Positions 1 through 10,196 of a DNA stretch of 64,000 bases are shown in pieces; the first letter of the stretch is position 1; every line of letters starts with the position of its first letter. The stretch is from the NCBI GenBank assembly GCA_043810925.1, contig JBDRNT010000072.1, positions 1 to 64,000 of the forward strand, written 5' to 3'. The position numbers were made by a program, and so were the translations under genes. Source of the stretch: Candidatus Eiseniibacteriota bacterium (GTDB lineage: Bacteria; Arandabacterota; Arandabacteria; Arandabacterales; Arandabacteraceae). The notes beneath the pieces are model-generated. The model was not told where the DNA came from and made no database searches. It saw nothing but the letters and a program-made list of their open reading frames with translations.

Positions 1-1857
1 AACCACCACCGCACCATCTACAGGCATACCACCATCCTGAACGTCAACTACATAAACACTGTCGCTTAACTGCATCGTACCGGAATCGATCACATCAAGC
101 GCCACAGGCTCACCCGTCCACAAACGGACTACAGGATCGCCCATCAGGATGAAATTCAGATACATCCACCAGCTGTTGAGGTAGTCCGAGGTAAGATAGT
201 CTATACGGTAGACCGCACTGATGGCCCCGATCGTCGGGCTGCCCTCAGAAAACACGTACTCGAAAAAATCCTCTTCCATCGCTAGACCTGTACCGGGAAA
301 AGCAAGCGCGCTGTTTCCCAGCGCTCCAAAAGCGCCGCCGTCGGGGTCCTTGAGGAAAGCCTTGGCCACGCTCTCCACAAGCGGATCGGATGAGGAGCAG
401 TTCATCATATAAAGGAAGTAATAGGCTGTGTCGTTGCCGGCCGACTGGATATGAAAGCGCTCCATGAATTCGTTGCCGAGGTCAAGCCTGAACTCATCTC
501 CATGGCCTATGTGGCTTAAGATCCCGCACCCGCTGTCCATGTACGCTATCATATTTGCCATCGTCTCGGGAAGCGAACCGGGGTAATTGGTGTAGTTCTC
601 ATAGAGCCGCACCTGCCGGAAGTGATCCGGGAAATGCTCAAGGATACCCTCGGATGCGATGGCTCCGTCCGAGTACTTGTCTATCATCTGAGCCAGCGAG
701 AGCACCGTGCGGTGCCAGACCCCGGGGTTCGAGCCCCGAAGGTAGTGCATGGTCTTATCCACGAAGAGGCGGGCCTCCCCGGTTGTCGTGACCGGCGCCC
801 GTCCCACAAAAACGTCGGGGAAGACGTCGATCCCGTCGTTCGTCCCCGGTCCGTACTCGCCTATGATATCGTCACCGTCGGCGTTCCAGGTGCCGTCAAG
901 ATTGGTGTAGTACACGTCGCTGGGCATCACGCTGGTTTCAAGTATCGGCTCCATCCGCGGGTAGTCCAGAATCCGCATCGGCACAACGTCGATATCACCG
1001 CCCAGCAGCACATATATCGTACCCCAGTTCTCATAGGCATCCGTTATGAAGTTTCTTACGCGTTCGGGGCCGTCAGAGCCGCCATACCGGTTACTGATCC
1101 AGCTCATGCTGCGGACGACCGTCCTTATCCCGAGGCGGTCATGCATGGCAGCGAGGCGCTCGAACTCACCGGCCAGGCTGTCACCCGTGACTATCACACA
1201 ATCAACGACTCCGCCGTCAAGGCCGGGTCCCGTACTCACCCAGTCGCGGTGGTCTTCCACCTGCCAGGTCCTGAAGGGATCCACCTCGACCCCGACACGA
1301 CTCTCGATAAGCCGTGTCACGAGCCTGTCCGCTACCGGGCTTCGGCGCTTCACGGCCGGCCGCGTCTCGCCCTCAGGACCGGTACGAGTCCCACCCGCGT
1401 AAGCGCAGTCAACCCTGAGACCCATTCGGGCCAGCACACTGACCCTGCCGTTGATGACACGTGTCGGCTGGACGACCACCATCAAGGCCGTGTAGCCGAG
1501 GAAACCGCCACTACCGATAAACGTTATGCCACCGGGATCATCACCCGGCATCTCGGTGAGCCCGGCGCCTGAGTCGATGCCCAGTCTGAATCCCCTTCCG
1601 GTCTCCCGCCATTCCTCCCACAGTATCTCATAGCCCTCGACGCGATACCCGTCGGGCAGCAGCCTCAGATCGTTTACGGCGCCCAGACTCCCGCCGCCTA
1701 GAACACCACCCTCCACACCAAGAAGATCATAGTCGCCGGCGGACACGACTTTGAGATCACTGATCTCCCAGCCGTACTCGAGCTCTATCGAATAGGCCAA
1801 GCAGCCGACCGGGAGCAGCATGGAAACTGACAGAAGGAGAAGTGCTCTTATATTCAT
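1..1857 (-). CDS. C25 (gingipain-like) cysteine peptidase, secreted; 3' end runs off the window
   Basis: Not in the ORF track; translated by hand from ATG 1857 (AAGGAG upstream): signal peptide MNIRALLLLSVSMLLPVGCLA, then VDCVIVT, YVLLGGDIDVVP, DVFVGRAPV, catalytic-type SHIGHG and YMMNCSS, NFILMGDP. Confidence 0.85.
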   Translation of the reverse strand, partial: MNIRALLLLSVSMLLPVGCLAYSIELEYGWEISDLKVVSAGDYDLLGVEGGVLGGGSLGAVNDLRLLPDGYRVEGYEILWEEWRETGRGFRLGIDSGAGLTEMPGDDPGGITFIGSGGFLGYTALMVVVQPTRVINGRVSVLARMGLRVDCAYAGGTRTGPEGETRPAVKRRSPVADRLVTRLIESRVGVEVDPFRTWQVEDHRDWVSTGPGLDGGVVDCVIVTGDSLAGEFERLAAMHDRLGIRTVVRSMSWISNRYGGSDGPERVRNFITDAYENWGTIYVLLGGDIDVVPMRILDYPRMEPILETSVMPSDVYYTNLDGTWNADGDDIIGEYGPGTNDGIDVFPDVFVGRAPVTTTGEARLFVDKTMHYLRGSNPGVWHRTVLSLAQMIDKYSDGAIASEGILEHFPDHFRQVRLYENYTNYPGSLPETMANMIAYMDSGCGILSHIGHGDEFRLDLGNEFMERFHIQSAGNDTAYYFLYMMNCSSSDPLVESVAKAFLKDPDGGAFGALGNSALAFPGTGLAMEEDFFEYVFSEGSPTIGAISAVYRIDYLTSDYLNSWWMYLNFILMGDPVVRLWTGEPVALDVIDSGTMQLSDSVYVVDVQDGGMPVDGAVVV

Positions 1858-1877
1858 CGTGCTTTGATCTCCTTATT

Positions 1878-3374
1878 CTACTGCTTAGATGCCATATTGA
1901 TGTGGAACGTACTGCTCACAACGAGTCTGACACTGCTCCTGGCTCTTCCCTCGATATGCTCGTAGTTCTCATCATCCGACCATTCGATGCGCCCGCCGAC
2001 CGACCAGAAGTAGGCCGGTCTCCATGTAATATCGAACCCGACACAGTGACGGCGCCAGACGACACCGGTCGGGAACTTCGCCTTCGAGCCCGTCCTGGCC
2101 AGAGAGTCCGTCGCCTCACCCTCGCCGTCGCGCCTGAACGTATAATCAAGGGTCCATAACAATGGATCGGGAAATGCCGCCGTACACCATAGCTTCAACT
2201 TGTCGCCGTCGGGCCCACCCGGATAACCTATCACGTGTCCCTCTTGAACGAATCTATTGAGGTCGATGACGTGGCCGTAGGTCCGATTGGTCACATGGAA
2301 ATAGGATCCGCCTATGAGTGACGCATCCGGTTTGAGAGGGTTGGTCGCCAGAACCGTGAGGCCTGCTGCAACCTCATGCGGTTCCGTCTCGAAGTCGTAT
2401 TGAAAATCGTCGATCATTATCTCGGCCCTTATTTCGGCTCGTCCCGGGAAGAGAAACGAGAGATCGCCTGCAATCAAGATATTGTCATTCCAGTCAGAAT
2501 TCCACTGTTCGGCGTAAAGGACAGTGAACGGGTTGAAATAGGCAGGTTCGAAGTTTCTTCCCTCCCCGCCGTACAGGACAGCTTCTGAGATCGCCAAACT
2601 CAATCTCCGTCCGAGAAGAACCTCCAGCCTGTGACCCGACACAAACCGCCTTACCGACTCATCCCACGCCTCTTCACCACCGGCCCTGAGCTGCGAGTGG
2701 AAGGATGTGAACTTCAGTCTCCCGCCTCTAAGCCCGAGTTTCAGCATATCCAGGGACGGCGCAGATCCGGAGAAGAGCAGACCGTCCTCGCGCGATGCAC
2801 CCCAGCTCAGCTCATCCCTGCCGAGAAACACCGAGAAGCCGCCACGGCTTACGCTTATCCCCCCCTGATCGAAACTCGCACGTGTTCTCTCCCCCCACGG
2901 CACCGTCTCGATCTTGTGGTACTCCCGGGCATTTACGGTTGACCTGAGTGCGGTCCACACACAAAGACCGGGTCCCGGGTAAAGCGCAAATCGCACCAGC
3001 GCCTCTTGCCGGTAGCTGCCCCTGGTCTCCAGCCAGGACCGGAGCACAGCGTTTCCCGTCCACGCGGGCTCAGGCACGCGAAGCGAACGGATCTCGGGTT
3101 CAAATTCCCGCTTTAGCATCCGGGCGAGATAGGCGCTCCGGCCGTCATCGATCGAGTCGCCGCGGCTGCATTCATCGAGCCAGCGCGCGATGTCCCCTCG
3201 CTCATAGGGCCCGGTCGAAACAAACATCGGCCCGCCCTGATGCCTCAGTCTGAGTTCGTAGAGATACGGGTAAACCCAGCTCGCCGAAGGTTCGGTCGGA
3301 TAGGACCGGCCATCCGCGAACAACCCGCAGATGGAACAGACCAGCGCTGCTACACAGACGAGGCTACGACGCAT
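1878..3374 (-). CDS. capsule assembly Wzi-family outer membrane protein
   Basis: Signal peptide from ATG 3374 (MRRSLVCVAA); GRDELSWG, LLFSGSAP, SGHRLE, SEAVLYGG, YFNPF, IGYPGGPD motifs. Confidence 0.75.
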   Translation of the reverse strand: MRRSLVCVAALVCSICGLFADGRSYPTEPSASWVYPYLYELRLRHQGGPMFVSTGPYERGDIARWLDECSRGDSIDDGRSAYLARMLKREFEPEIRSLRVPEPAWTGNAVLRSWLETRGSYRQEALVRFALYPGPGLCVWTALRSTVNAREYHKIETVPWGERTRASFDQGGISVSRGGFSVFLGRDELSWGASREDGLLFSGSAPSLDMLKLGLRGGRLKFTSFHSQLRAGGEEAWDESVRRFVSGHRLEVLLGRRLSLAISEAVLYGGEGRNFEPAYFNPFTVLYAEQWNSDWNDNILIAGDLSFLFPGRAEIRAEIMIDDFQYDFETEPHEVAAGLTVLATNPLKPDASLIGGSYFHVTNRTYGHVIDLNRFVQEGHVIGYPGGPDGDKLKLWCTAAFPDPLLWTLDYTFRRDGEGEATDSLARTGSKAKFPTGVVWRRHCVGFDITWRPAYFWSVGGRIEWSDDENYEHIEGRARSSVRLVVSSTFHINMASKQ

Positions 3375-4045
3375 GCTGATATCTCCCCGACACCAATGCC
3401 GCGTATGGCCTCCGCGCACGCCCGCAGTGTCGAACCCGTCGTTACAACATCATCTACCAGGACTACGTTTCTGCCATCCGGCGTGGTCCCCGGCCGGACG
3501 GCAAACGACCCGGCAACATTCTTTTCTCTGGCTTCCTTCTCGAGCGCCGCCTGAGCGGTCGTATTCCGTGTCTTGACGATGAGATCCGACCTGCTCCCCG
3601 GGCCCCGGGTCCTTGAAAGACGCTTGCTCAGCAGCTCGCTCTGATTGTAACCTCGCTCCCTTTTCTTCGCCGGATGCATGGGTACCGGTACCAGCATCGC
3701 ATCTTCCGGGAAGAACGTGCCCAACGCAACACAGAGGTATGAAGCCAGTAACGCTGCGAGGCCGGGCTTGTCTCCATATTTCATCTCGGCAATCACTTTT
3801 GCGACCCTCGCGGAGTAATCAAGTGCATATCTTACCCTCAAGCCCTGTCCGTCTGCAAGCTCGACAACGCGCGACCTCGCCCCGGCACCGCCTGCGAACT
3901 CCTCAGCGCAGCTTCTGCAAAGCCACTGCCTGGAGCTGTCCGCCATCACGGAATCACACGCTACACATAGCTGGGGAACGAGCACGGAGAAGACACTCCG
4001 GCCCGTGAGGCCGATCTCGCGCAACGTGCTCTTAAGGTATCTCAT
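3350..4045 (-). CDS. comF: ComF-family phosphoribosyltransferase
   Basis: CVAC...CRSC zinc ribbon, VPVPMH..RERGYNQ, VVLVDDVVTTGST. Confidence 0.9.
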   Translation of the reverse strand: MRYLKSTLREIGLTGRSVFSVLVPQLCVACDSVMADSSRQWLCRSCAEEFAGGAGARSRVVELADGQGLRVRYALDYSARVAKVIAEMKYGDKPGLAALLASYLCVALGTFFPEDAMLVPVPMHPAKKRERGYNQSELLSKRLSRTRGPGSRSDLIVKTRNTTAQAALEKEAREKNVAGSFAVRPGTTPDGRNVVLVDDVVTTGSTLRACAEAIRGIGVGEISACVVASSV

Positions 4046-4826
4046 GGTGATCGCCGCGGCGTCTGGTCTTCGCCAGCAGGACTGTTCCGGTGAGGATGAT
4101 CACCAGACTGGCAACCTGGTTCCAGGTAATGCCCCTTTCCGCGGACATCACATACATGTTTACTTCATAATAGCGCAGGAAGTCGACGGCGAAACGCCAC
4201 ACACCGTAGACTATGAGAAAGGTGAAGAAAACGGTGCCCGCCGCCGCACGGCGTCCGAGAAGTTTCCTCAGGAACAGGAATATCACCAGATTGGCAATAG
4301 CCGAGTATATCTGTGTCGGGTGTATCGTCTTCCCAGCCATGGCCCCCCATCCTGCCTGCGAATCGGCCGGAAATGTGCATGCCCAGGGAAGAGTGGATTC
4401 TCTGCCGAAACAACACCCGTTGAGAAAACAACCCACCCGGGCCAGTGCTATGCCGAGCGCGATCTGAGGCGCGATGATATCGGTAACCTCAAGCACCCGC
4501 AAACCTTGTCGCTTGAGATAGCCTATCCCGAAAGCCACTCCCGCGGCGAGGCCGCCATAGAAAGTCAGCCCCCCTTCCCAGACCCTGAAGATCCCCACGA
4601 GATCGTGCCGGTATTCCGTGAAGTGGGTTATGACATAAAGAAGTCTCGCGCCGATGACGGACGAGACGAGGATGATTATGCCGAGATCCATTATGGCGAC
4701 GGGATCCATCCCTCGCTTCCTGGCAATCCTTATCGACAGCTCGATACCCAGCCAGAAGGCAAAGGCTAGCATCACACCATACAGATGTATACTGAACGGC
4801 CCAACGTCAAACAGGGTCCTGTGCAT
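4032..4826 (-). CDS. lgt: prolipoprotein diacylglyceryl transferase
   Basis: YGVMLA, GARLLYV, WEGGLTFYGG, RVGCFLNGCCFG, HPTQIY. Confidence 0.95.
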   Translation of the reverse strand: MHRTLFDVGPFSIHLYGVMLAFAFWLGIELSIRIARKRGMDPVAIMDLGIIILVSSVIGARLLYVITHFTEYRHDLVGIFRVWEGGLTFYGGLAAGVAFGIGYLKRQGLRVLEVTDIIAPQIALGIALARVGCFLNGCCFGRESTLPWACTFPADSQAGWGAMAGKTIHPTQIYSAIANLVIFLFLRKLLGRRAAAGTVFFTFLIVYGVWRFAVDFLRYYEVNMYVMSAERGITWNQVASLVIILTGTVLLAKTRRRGDHHEIP

Positions 4827-4835
4827 GACTACCTC

Positions 4836-6035
4836 CTAGTATTCCCTCTTCGATGCATGCGCTGCCAGAACCGCGCCCGCCGTGCCCCAGAAGATGATCG
4901 TCTGCGATCCCCCGTAGCTTAAGTAAGGCAGAGGAAGGCCGGTCACGGGTGTAAGCCCGAGCGTCATGCCGATGTTCACGAACACTTGTATCAGAATAAG
5001 GCTGCCAAAGCCAAAGCAAAAAAACATCGCGAACCGGTTTCGCACGACCCGGGCCACGCCGAAGATGCGGGTTACCACATAGCCAAGGAGCAGCAGGACG
5101 GCCAGACCACCGATGAAACCCATCTCCTCCCCCACCAGCGAAAACACGAAGTCCGTGTGCTGGGCGGGTACCAGGCCTAGAGCCTTCTGGGTTCCCTTGA
5201 AGATGCCCTTGCCGGTAAACCCACCGGACCCGATCGCGATCTGGGACTGGATGATCTGGAACCCCGCGCTGTGCCTGTAACTGTCGGGGTGCAGAAACGC
5301 AAGCACACGATCGCGTTGGTAGGGCGCAAGACTCGACCAGAACCGCGGCGCGAGGGAATACAGCATGAAGTTCATGCCGAACACAAGGGCGACCAGCGAT
5401 GTACGAAACTTGCGCAGCACCATCACGATCACGAGCAGTATGACGAAAATCACCCATGCCACGATCTCTCCCGCGGCGACTATCGCAAAGAAGGGGCTGA
5501 CCAGAAAGAGAAGATACAAAGGATCGAGTCCCGATGCGTACAGCATCGGGAGAGCGATAAAGCCGAAAACAAGAGCTGTACCCAGATCGGGTTCGTTGAC
5601 TATGAGGGCCGCCGGCAGCGCCACCATCGCGAAGACCACAAGAACGCTCTTAAGGGATTGACCGATTGCCCCCTTGTCTGAGAGGTAACGCGAGACCATG
5701 AATATCGTGGCGATCTTTGCAATCTCCGACGGTTGGAATCTCATCAGTCCGAGATCAAACCATCTTCGTGTTCCGTGGGGACCCTTGCCTATCACAAGTA
5801 CCAAAGCAAGCAATACGATGGCACCGAAGTAGGCCACCGGCGCAAGCGACGACAACGTCTTGACTCTGATCATGGACACCGCAAACATCACCGCGATACC
5901 AAGCCCCGTCCATATGGCCTGTCTGACCGCATATGACGCCCCGGTCTCAGTCCGTGTGCTGCTGTAGACCGCGAAGATACCGAGGCACCCAAGTGCTACC
6001 AGTGCAATCACAAGCGATCTCTGCGACGGTTTCAT
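4836..6035 (-). CDS. rodA: rod shape-determining SEDS protein RodA
   Basis: FQPSEIAK, EPDLGT, AIGSGG, HTDFVF, TGLPLPYLSYGGS; follows mrdA. Confidence 0.93.
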   Translation of the reverse strand: MKPSQRSLVIALVALGCLGIFAVYSSTRTETGASYAVRQAIWTGLGIAVMFAVSMIRVKTLSSLAPVAYFGAIVLLALVLVIGKGPHGTRRWFDLGLMRFQPSEIAKIATIFMVSRYLSDKGAIGQSLKSVLVVFAMVALPAALIVNEPDLGTALVFGFIALPMLYASGLDPLYLLFLVSPFFAIVAAGEIVAWVIFVILLVIVMVLRKFRTSLVALVFGMNFMLYSLAPRFWSSLAPYQRDRVLAFLHPDSYRHSAGFQIIQSQIAIGSGGFTGKGIFKGTQKALGLVPAQHTDFVFSLVGEEMGFIGGLAVLLLLGYVVTRIFGVARVVRNRFAMFFCFGFGSLILIQVFVNIGMTLGLTPVTGLPLPYLSYGGSQTIIFWGTAGAVLAAHASKREY

Positions 6036-7822
6036 TGCGCGCTCGTCACCTCATCCGGCTCGGACACTCCGAAGTAGTACGCCAGAAGCTCACCTGCGAT
6101 CGGTGCGGCCACCGCACCACCGTGCCCCCCGTTTTCCACCATCACAAAGATGACTATCTCAGGCTCTTCAAAGGGCGCATAACACACAAATGACGCATGG
6201 TCGTCGCCGTGCGGGTTCTGTGCCGTGCCTGTCTTGCCTGCAACCCTGATACCGGGTACCCTCGCGGCACGCCCCGTCCCCTGGGGTCCTTCGACCACGG
6301 CAAGCATCCCCTCTTTCACCGTGCCGAGTGTGGAGGCGGCCATGGGGAGCTCCACCGGCCTGCCGCTTATCGCTTCAGCCCGGTCATCCGACTCGACCCT
6401 GGCGACACACCGCGGTGTGATGTAGGTTCCACCGTTGGCCAGACCGCTGATGAAGCATACGATCTCGATCGGCGTCAGCAGGAGTTCTCCCTGGCCGATA
6501 GCAAGATTGAGGACGACACCACGTGACCACCCACGCTCCCCGTAGACCCTGTTATAGTAAGCATCATCGGGAACAAGACCCGCGACCTCACCCGGCAGAT
6601 CGATCCCTGTTCCCGCATCCAGATACCATCCCTTGGTGTAACCGCTGAGCCGGTCCAGACCCAGTCTTTCACCCAGCTGGTAGAAGTAGACGTCGCAGGA
6701 CACCATGATCGCATCCGTGAGATCCCGTGAGCCATGCCCCTCTTCCTTCCAGCAGGCAAAGACCCTGTTGCCGAACCTGTAGGCCCCTGCGCACGGCCGG
6801 TAACGCGTATTCTTGTCTGCTATGCCACCCTCCAGCGCGGCCGCGGCCGTGATTATCTTAAAGACCGAACCGGGCGGGTAGGCACACCGTATCGGTCGCG
6901 TGAGGAGCGGTTTGCCGTCGGCATTCATGATCTCCTCCCAGTCGGCAGTGGATATCCCTGTGGCGAAGAGGTTCGGGTCGAACCCGGGACTGCTTACAAG
7001 AGCAAGTACACCGCCGGTTCTGGGATCGACCGCAACGACGGCTCCGCGGCGCCCGTCAAGCAAGTCAAACCCAAGCTTCTGGAGACCGGCATCCGCATTG
7101 AGGACAACCGTCATCCCGGGCCGCGGTGCCTTTGCCGACAGACCGTCGACGTCAACCGGACTTGCCCCGCCGTAAGGACTGAACTTGAGGAACCGCTCAC
7201 CATCCCGGCCTCTGAGATACTCCTCATATACCTTCTCTATGCCTGTCTTGCCTATGAAGTCACCCCGTCCGTACCGTCCCTTGCCCGCGGCGAGATCCTC
7301 CTGAGTGACCTCACCCACGTAGCCCAGCATGTGACTGAATTGGAGGCCGCACGGATAGGATCTGACGGGTTCCGAGATCACGATCACGTCGGGTAGATCT
7401 GCGAACATTTCTTCGACTCTGCTTAAAGTTGCGAAGTCGACGTCACGGATGACCGCAGTCGGTCTGTACGAGCTCGAGGTCGCTTCCAATCTTGAGCGTA
7501 TGTATTCCTCATCCAGCCCGACGATCCGCCCAAGGGTCCTTATCTCTTCGCGGTTACGGAGAAACGAACGGGGTATCGCGCATATGGAGAATGCCTGCCT
7601 CGAACTCGCGATCACGGTGCCGCTCCGGTCAACGATCATGCCGCGTGGAGCCGTGATCGACGCTTGCACAATATAGTTGTTCTCCGCCAGTTCCCGGTAG
7701 CGGTCTCCCTTGACGATCTGGAGCCGGAAGAGCGCTACCCCCAGGATTATGAAGATGCCGACACACACGGCCTGGGCAACCCTTATCGGCGTTGCATGCG
7801 AGGTGTCCTTGAAGTGGTTCAT
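6032..7822 (-). CDS. mrdA: penicillin-binding protein 2
   Basis: APRGMIVDR, PGSVFK (SxxK), SCD, KTGTAQ; in mre operon. Confidence 0.93.
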   Translation of the reverse strand: MNHFKDTSHATPIRVAQAVCVGIFIILGVALFRLQIVKGDRYRELAENNYIVQASITAPRGMIVDRSGTVIASSRQAFSICAIPRSFLRNREEIRTLGRIVGLDEEYIRSRLEATSSSYRPTAVIRDVDFATLSRVEEMFADLPDVIVISEPVRSYPCGLQFSHMLGYVGEVTQEDLAAGKGRYGRGDFIGKTGIEKVYEEYLRGRDGERFLKFSPYGGASPVDVDGLSAKAPRPGMTVVLNADAGLQKLGFDLLDGRRGAVVAVDPRTGGVLALVSSPGFDPNLFATGISTADWEEIMNADGKPLLTRPIRCAYPPGSVFKIITAAAALEGGIADKNTRYRPCAGAYRFGNRVFACWKEEGHGSRDLTDAIMVSCDVYFYQLGERLGLDRLSGYTKGWYLDAGTGIDLPGEVAGLVPDDAYYNRVYGERGWSRGVVLNLAIGQGELLLTPIEIVCFISGLANGGTYITPRCVARVESDDRAEAISGRPVELPMAASTLGTVKEGMLAVVEGPQGTGRAARVPGIRVAGKTGTAQNPHGDDHASFVCYAPFEEPEIVIFVMVENGGHGGAVAAPIAGELLAYYFGVSEPDEVTSAQ

Positions 7823-8301
7823 CTCTGCGAAACCAGTCTCAAACCTATTACTCTCTCGATTACGACCGCCAGGATCACGCCTGCCACGGAAGTATATGCG
7901 GCACTGCCGAGCGAAAATCTCAGGAGGCTCAGGGGAAGGCTGGATGGATCGACCCAGGCCAGGTTCACCGCGTCGAAGACAAGGACGCTGACGAAGATTA
8001 TCACCAGCTGGACGAGATAGCTCTCATACATCACCTTCGTCCAGTACCTGCCTGCCACGAAACCGACCACCGTCCCTGCGAGAGGCATGGAAGCCATGGA
8101 AGACGACAAAATCGACAGATTGGCCAGACCCAGCAGGAATCCGAACAGTGCACCGGGGACGGAACCCAGCCCCAACCCCATGTAGACAAGGATTATCACG
8201 GTGGCATCCGGTCTCATCCCCCAGAGTTCGATCTTCCTGAATATCGTTACCTGGAAGATCAGGGCGAGAACCACGAGCAGCCAGAGCGAGAACCTTCGCA
8301 T
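7819..8301 (-). CDS. mreD: rod shape-determining protein MreD
   Basis: 160 aa hydrophobic protein with RPD motif between mreC and mrdA. Confidence 0.85.
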   Translation of the reverse strand: MRRFSLWLLVVLALIFQVTIFRKIELWGMRPDATVIILVYMGLGLGSVPGALFGFLLGLANLSILSSSMASMPLAGTVVGFVAGRYWTKVMYESYLVQLVIIFVSVLVFDAVNLAWVDPSSLPLSLLRFSLGSAAYTSVAGVILAVVIERVIGLRLVSQR

Positions 8302-9137
8302 CAGTGTTCGACCTCTGACTCTTCTTCATCATCAAGCAGCAGCTGAAAATCGGGGGGCTTCCTCAGTATTACAAAGACCTCTTCGAGCCGGCTGAAATCC
8401 GCGAAGGGCTTCACCTCGAGCGCGAGAGAGAAACGTTCGGGCTTCTCCTTGATGCGACCGACCTTACCCACCGGAATGCCTTTGGGGGTTATCGAACCCA
8501 GTCCGGAAGAGCTCACCACATCACCGGCCACAACATCGGCATCGGGTGCCACCCATTCCATCACGATCCTCCCATCGCTCCGGGTTCCCAGGATTCCCGT
8601 TGCTCTGTTTCGCTGTATCAACGCGCTGACCCTGTAACCGGGGTCTATTATCCTCCTGACCTGCGACGCCCCCTCACCCACCTTGATGATTCTTCCCACC
8701 AGACCATCAGGCGACACTACGGTCATGTTCTTGACCAGTCCGGCCGCCCGACCCTTGTCTATCACGATGCCGCCACCCATCCTCTCACCCGGCTCCCCGA
8801 TCACCCTCGCACAACACAATGTGCCCGGATGGCTCGTACGGAAATCCACCAGACCTCTCAATCGTTCAGCCTCGCTTGCTTGTTCCTGGAGGAGAGCGTT
8901 TTCTCGAGAAACATCCATCAGTTTGGCCCTGAGGATGTGGTTCTCCTTCTGGATGAATGAGAAATCCATCAGCCGGTAGGAAAGACTCTCGAAGGGAACA
9001 AAAAGTGCGGCCAACCGGCCGGTGAGCGGACTATCCTCGTTCAGCCTGTCGACAGCCATAATGCCGACCGACAGGATCACGAGAAGGAGGAATATCCCCA
9101 CATCGCTCTTGACGGGCAGGCGCAATACATGCCTCAT
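8301..9137 (-). CDS. mreC: rod shape-determining protein MreC
   Basis: TM + coiled coil, IDKG, GLVGRI, SSGLG..PKGIPVGKV. Confidence 0.92.
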   Translation of the reverse strand: MRHVLRLPVKSDVGIFLLLVILSVGIMAVDRLNEDSPLTGRLAALFVPFESLSYRLMDFSFIQKENHILRAKLMDVSRENALLQEQASEAERLRGLVDFRTSHPGTLCCARVIGEPGERMGGGIVIDKGRAAGLVKNMTVVSPDGLVGRIIKVGEGASQVRRIIDPGYRVSALIQRNRATGILGTRSDGRIVMEWVAPDADVVAGDVVSSSGLGSITPKGIPVGKVGRIKEKPERFSLALEVKPFADFSRLEEVFVILRKPPDFQLLLDDEEESEVEH

Positions 9138-9140
9138 CTA

Positions 9141-10187
9141 CTACCATATCCTTCTCGACTTCATCAGGATCTTTTCGTATCTGTCCGGCTCTTCGAGCGC
9201 CTTGTATGCACCGAGGACAACCGACTTAAGAGGTTCCTCAACAACGTAGATGGGAAGACCGGTCGCACTTCTCAAGATCTGGTCGAGCCCGCTGAGGAGC
9301 GAACCGCCACCAGTCATCAGAATACCCTTGTCAACGATGTCCGCGGCAAGCTCGGGAGGGGTTTTCTCAAGTGAGAGCCTCAGGGCCTTGATTATCTCGT
9401 TTATGGGTTCCTGAAGGGCTCCAACCACCTTGTTCTTGGACACCGATATCACCTTGGGGACGCCGTTAACGAGATCCCGGCCCCTGATCTCGAGGGCCTC
9501 GTCCGGATCGACCTCAAGGGCACCGACTAGGATCTTGAGGTTCTCAGCGGTTTGCTCACCGATCAGAGTACCATACTCACCTTTGACATGCTGCATGATG
9601 GCATCGTCCATCTCGTCCCCGCCTATCCTGATCGAGGCGACCCCGACGATGCCGTTAAGCGCGATCACGCCGATCTCGGTGGTGCCGCCGCCGATGTCGA
9701 TCACCATGTTGCCTGCGGGCTTATCGATCGGAAGCCCGACACCGATTGCAGCTGCGATCGGTTCTGAGATCAGGAAGACCTCTCTGGCACCCGCATGCTC
9801 GGCGGAATCCCTGACGGCCCGCTTCTCTACCTCGGTTATACCCGACGGCACCGAGATTATCACCCGGGGACGTACGATTTTGGAGAGGAGACGATCACCC
9901 TGAACTCTCATGATGAATTCACGCAGCATTATCTCGGTGATCTCGAAGTCTGCGATCACCCCATCCTTCATGGGTCGAATGGCCGCAACTTCACTCGGAG
10001 TCCGGCCGAGCATCTCCTTTGCTCCCCTGCCGACGGCAAGGACCTTGTTGGTGCTTCTCTCGACCGCGACCACCGAGGGTTCATCGAGAACGATTCCCTT
10101 GCCCTTCACACAGACAAGCGTGTTGGCGGTACCGAGGTCTATGGCAATGTCATTTGTGAAGAGCTCCGAGAAACCGCCGAACCTCAT
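9141..10187 (-). CDS. mreB: actin-like rod shape protein MreB
   Basis: IDLGTANT, EPSVVA, DIGGGTTE, TGGGSLL. Confidence 0.97.
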   Translation of the reverse strand: MRFGGFSELFTNDIAIDLGTANTLVCVKGKGIVLDEPSVVAVERSTNKVLAVGRGAKEMLGRTPSEVAAIRPMKDGVIADFEITEIMLREFIMRVQGDRLLSKIVRPRVIISVPSGITEVEKRAVRDSAEHAGAREVFLISEPIAAAIGVGLPIDKPAGNMVIDIGGGTTEIGVIALNGIVGVASIRIGGDEMDDAIMQHVKGEYGTLIGEQTAENLKILVGALEVDPDEALEIRGRDLVNGVPKVISVSKNKVVGALQEPINEIIKALRLSLEKTPPELAADIVDKGILMTGGGSLLSGLDQILRSATGLPIYVVEEPLKSVVLGAYKALEEPDRYEKILMKSRRIW

Positions 10188-10196
10188 ACAGTCCTC

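Noticed and set aside
622-1572. 316 aa plus-strand ORF
   Set aside because: Antisense shadow of the C25 peptidase; no recognisable motifs
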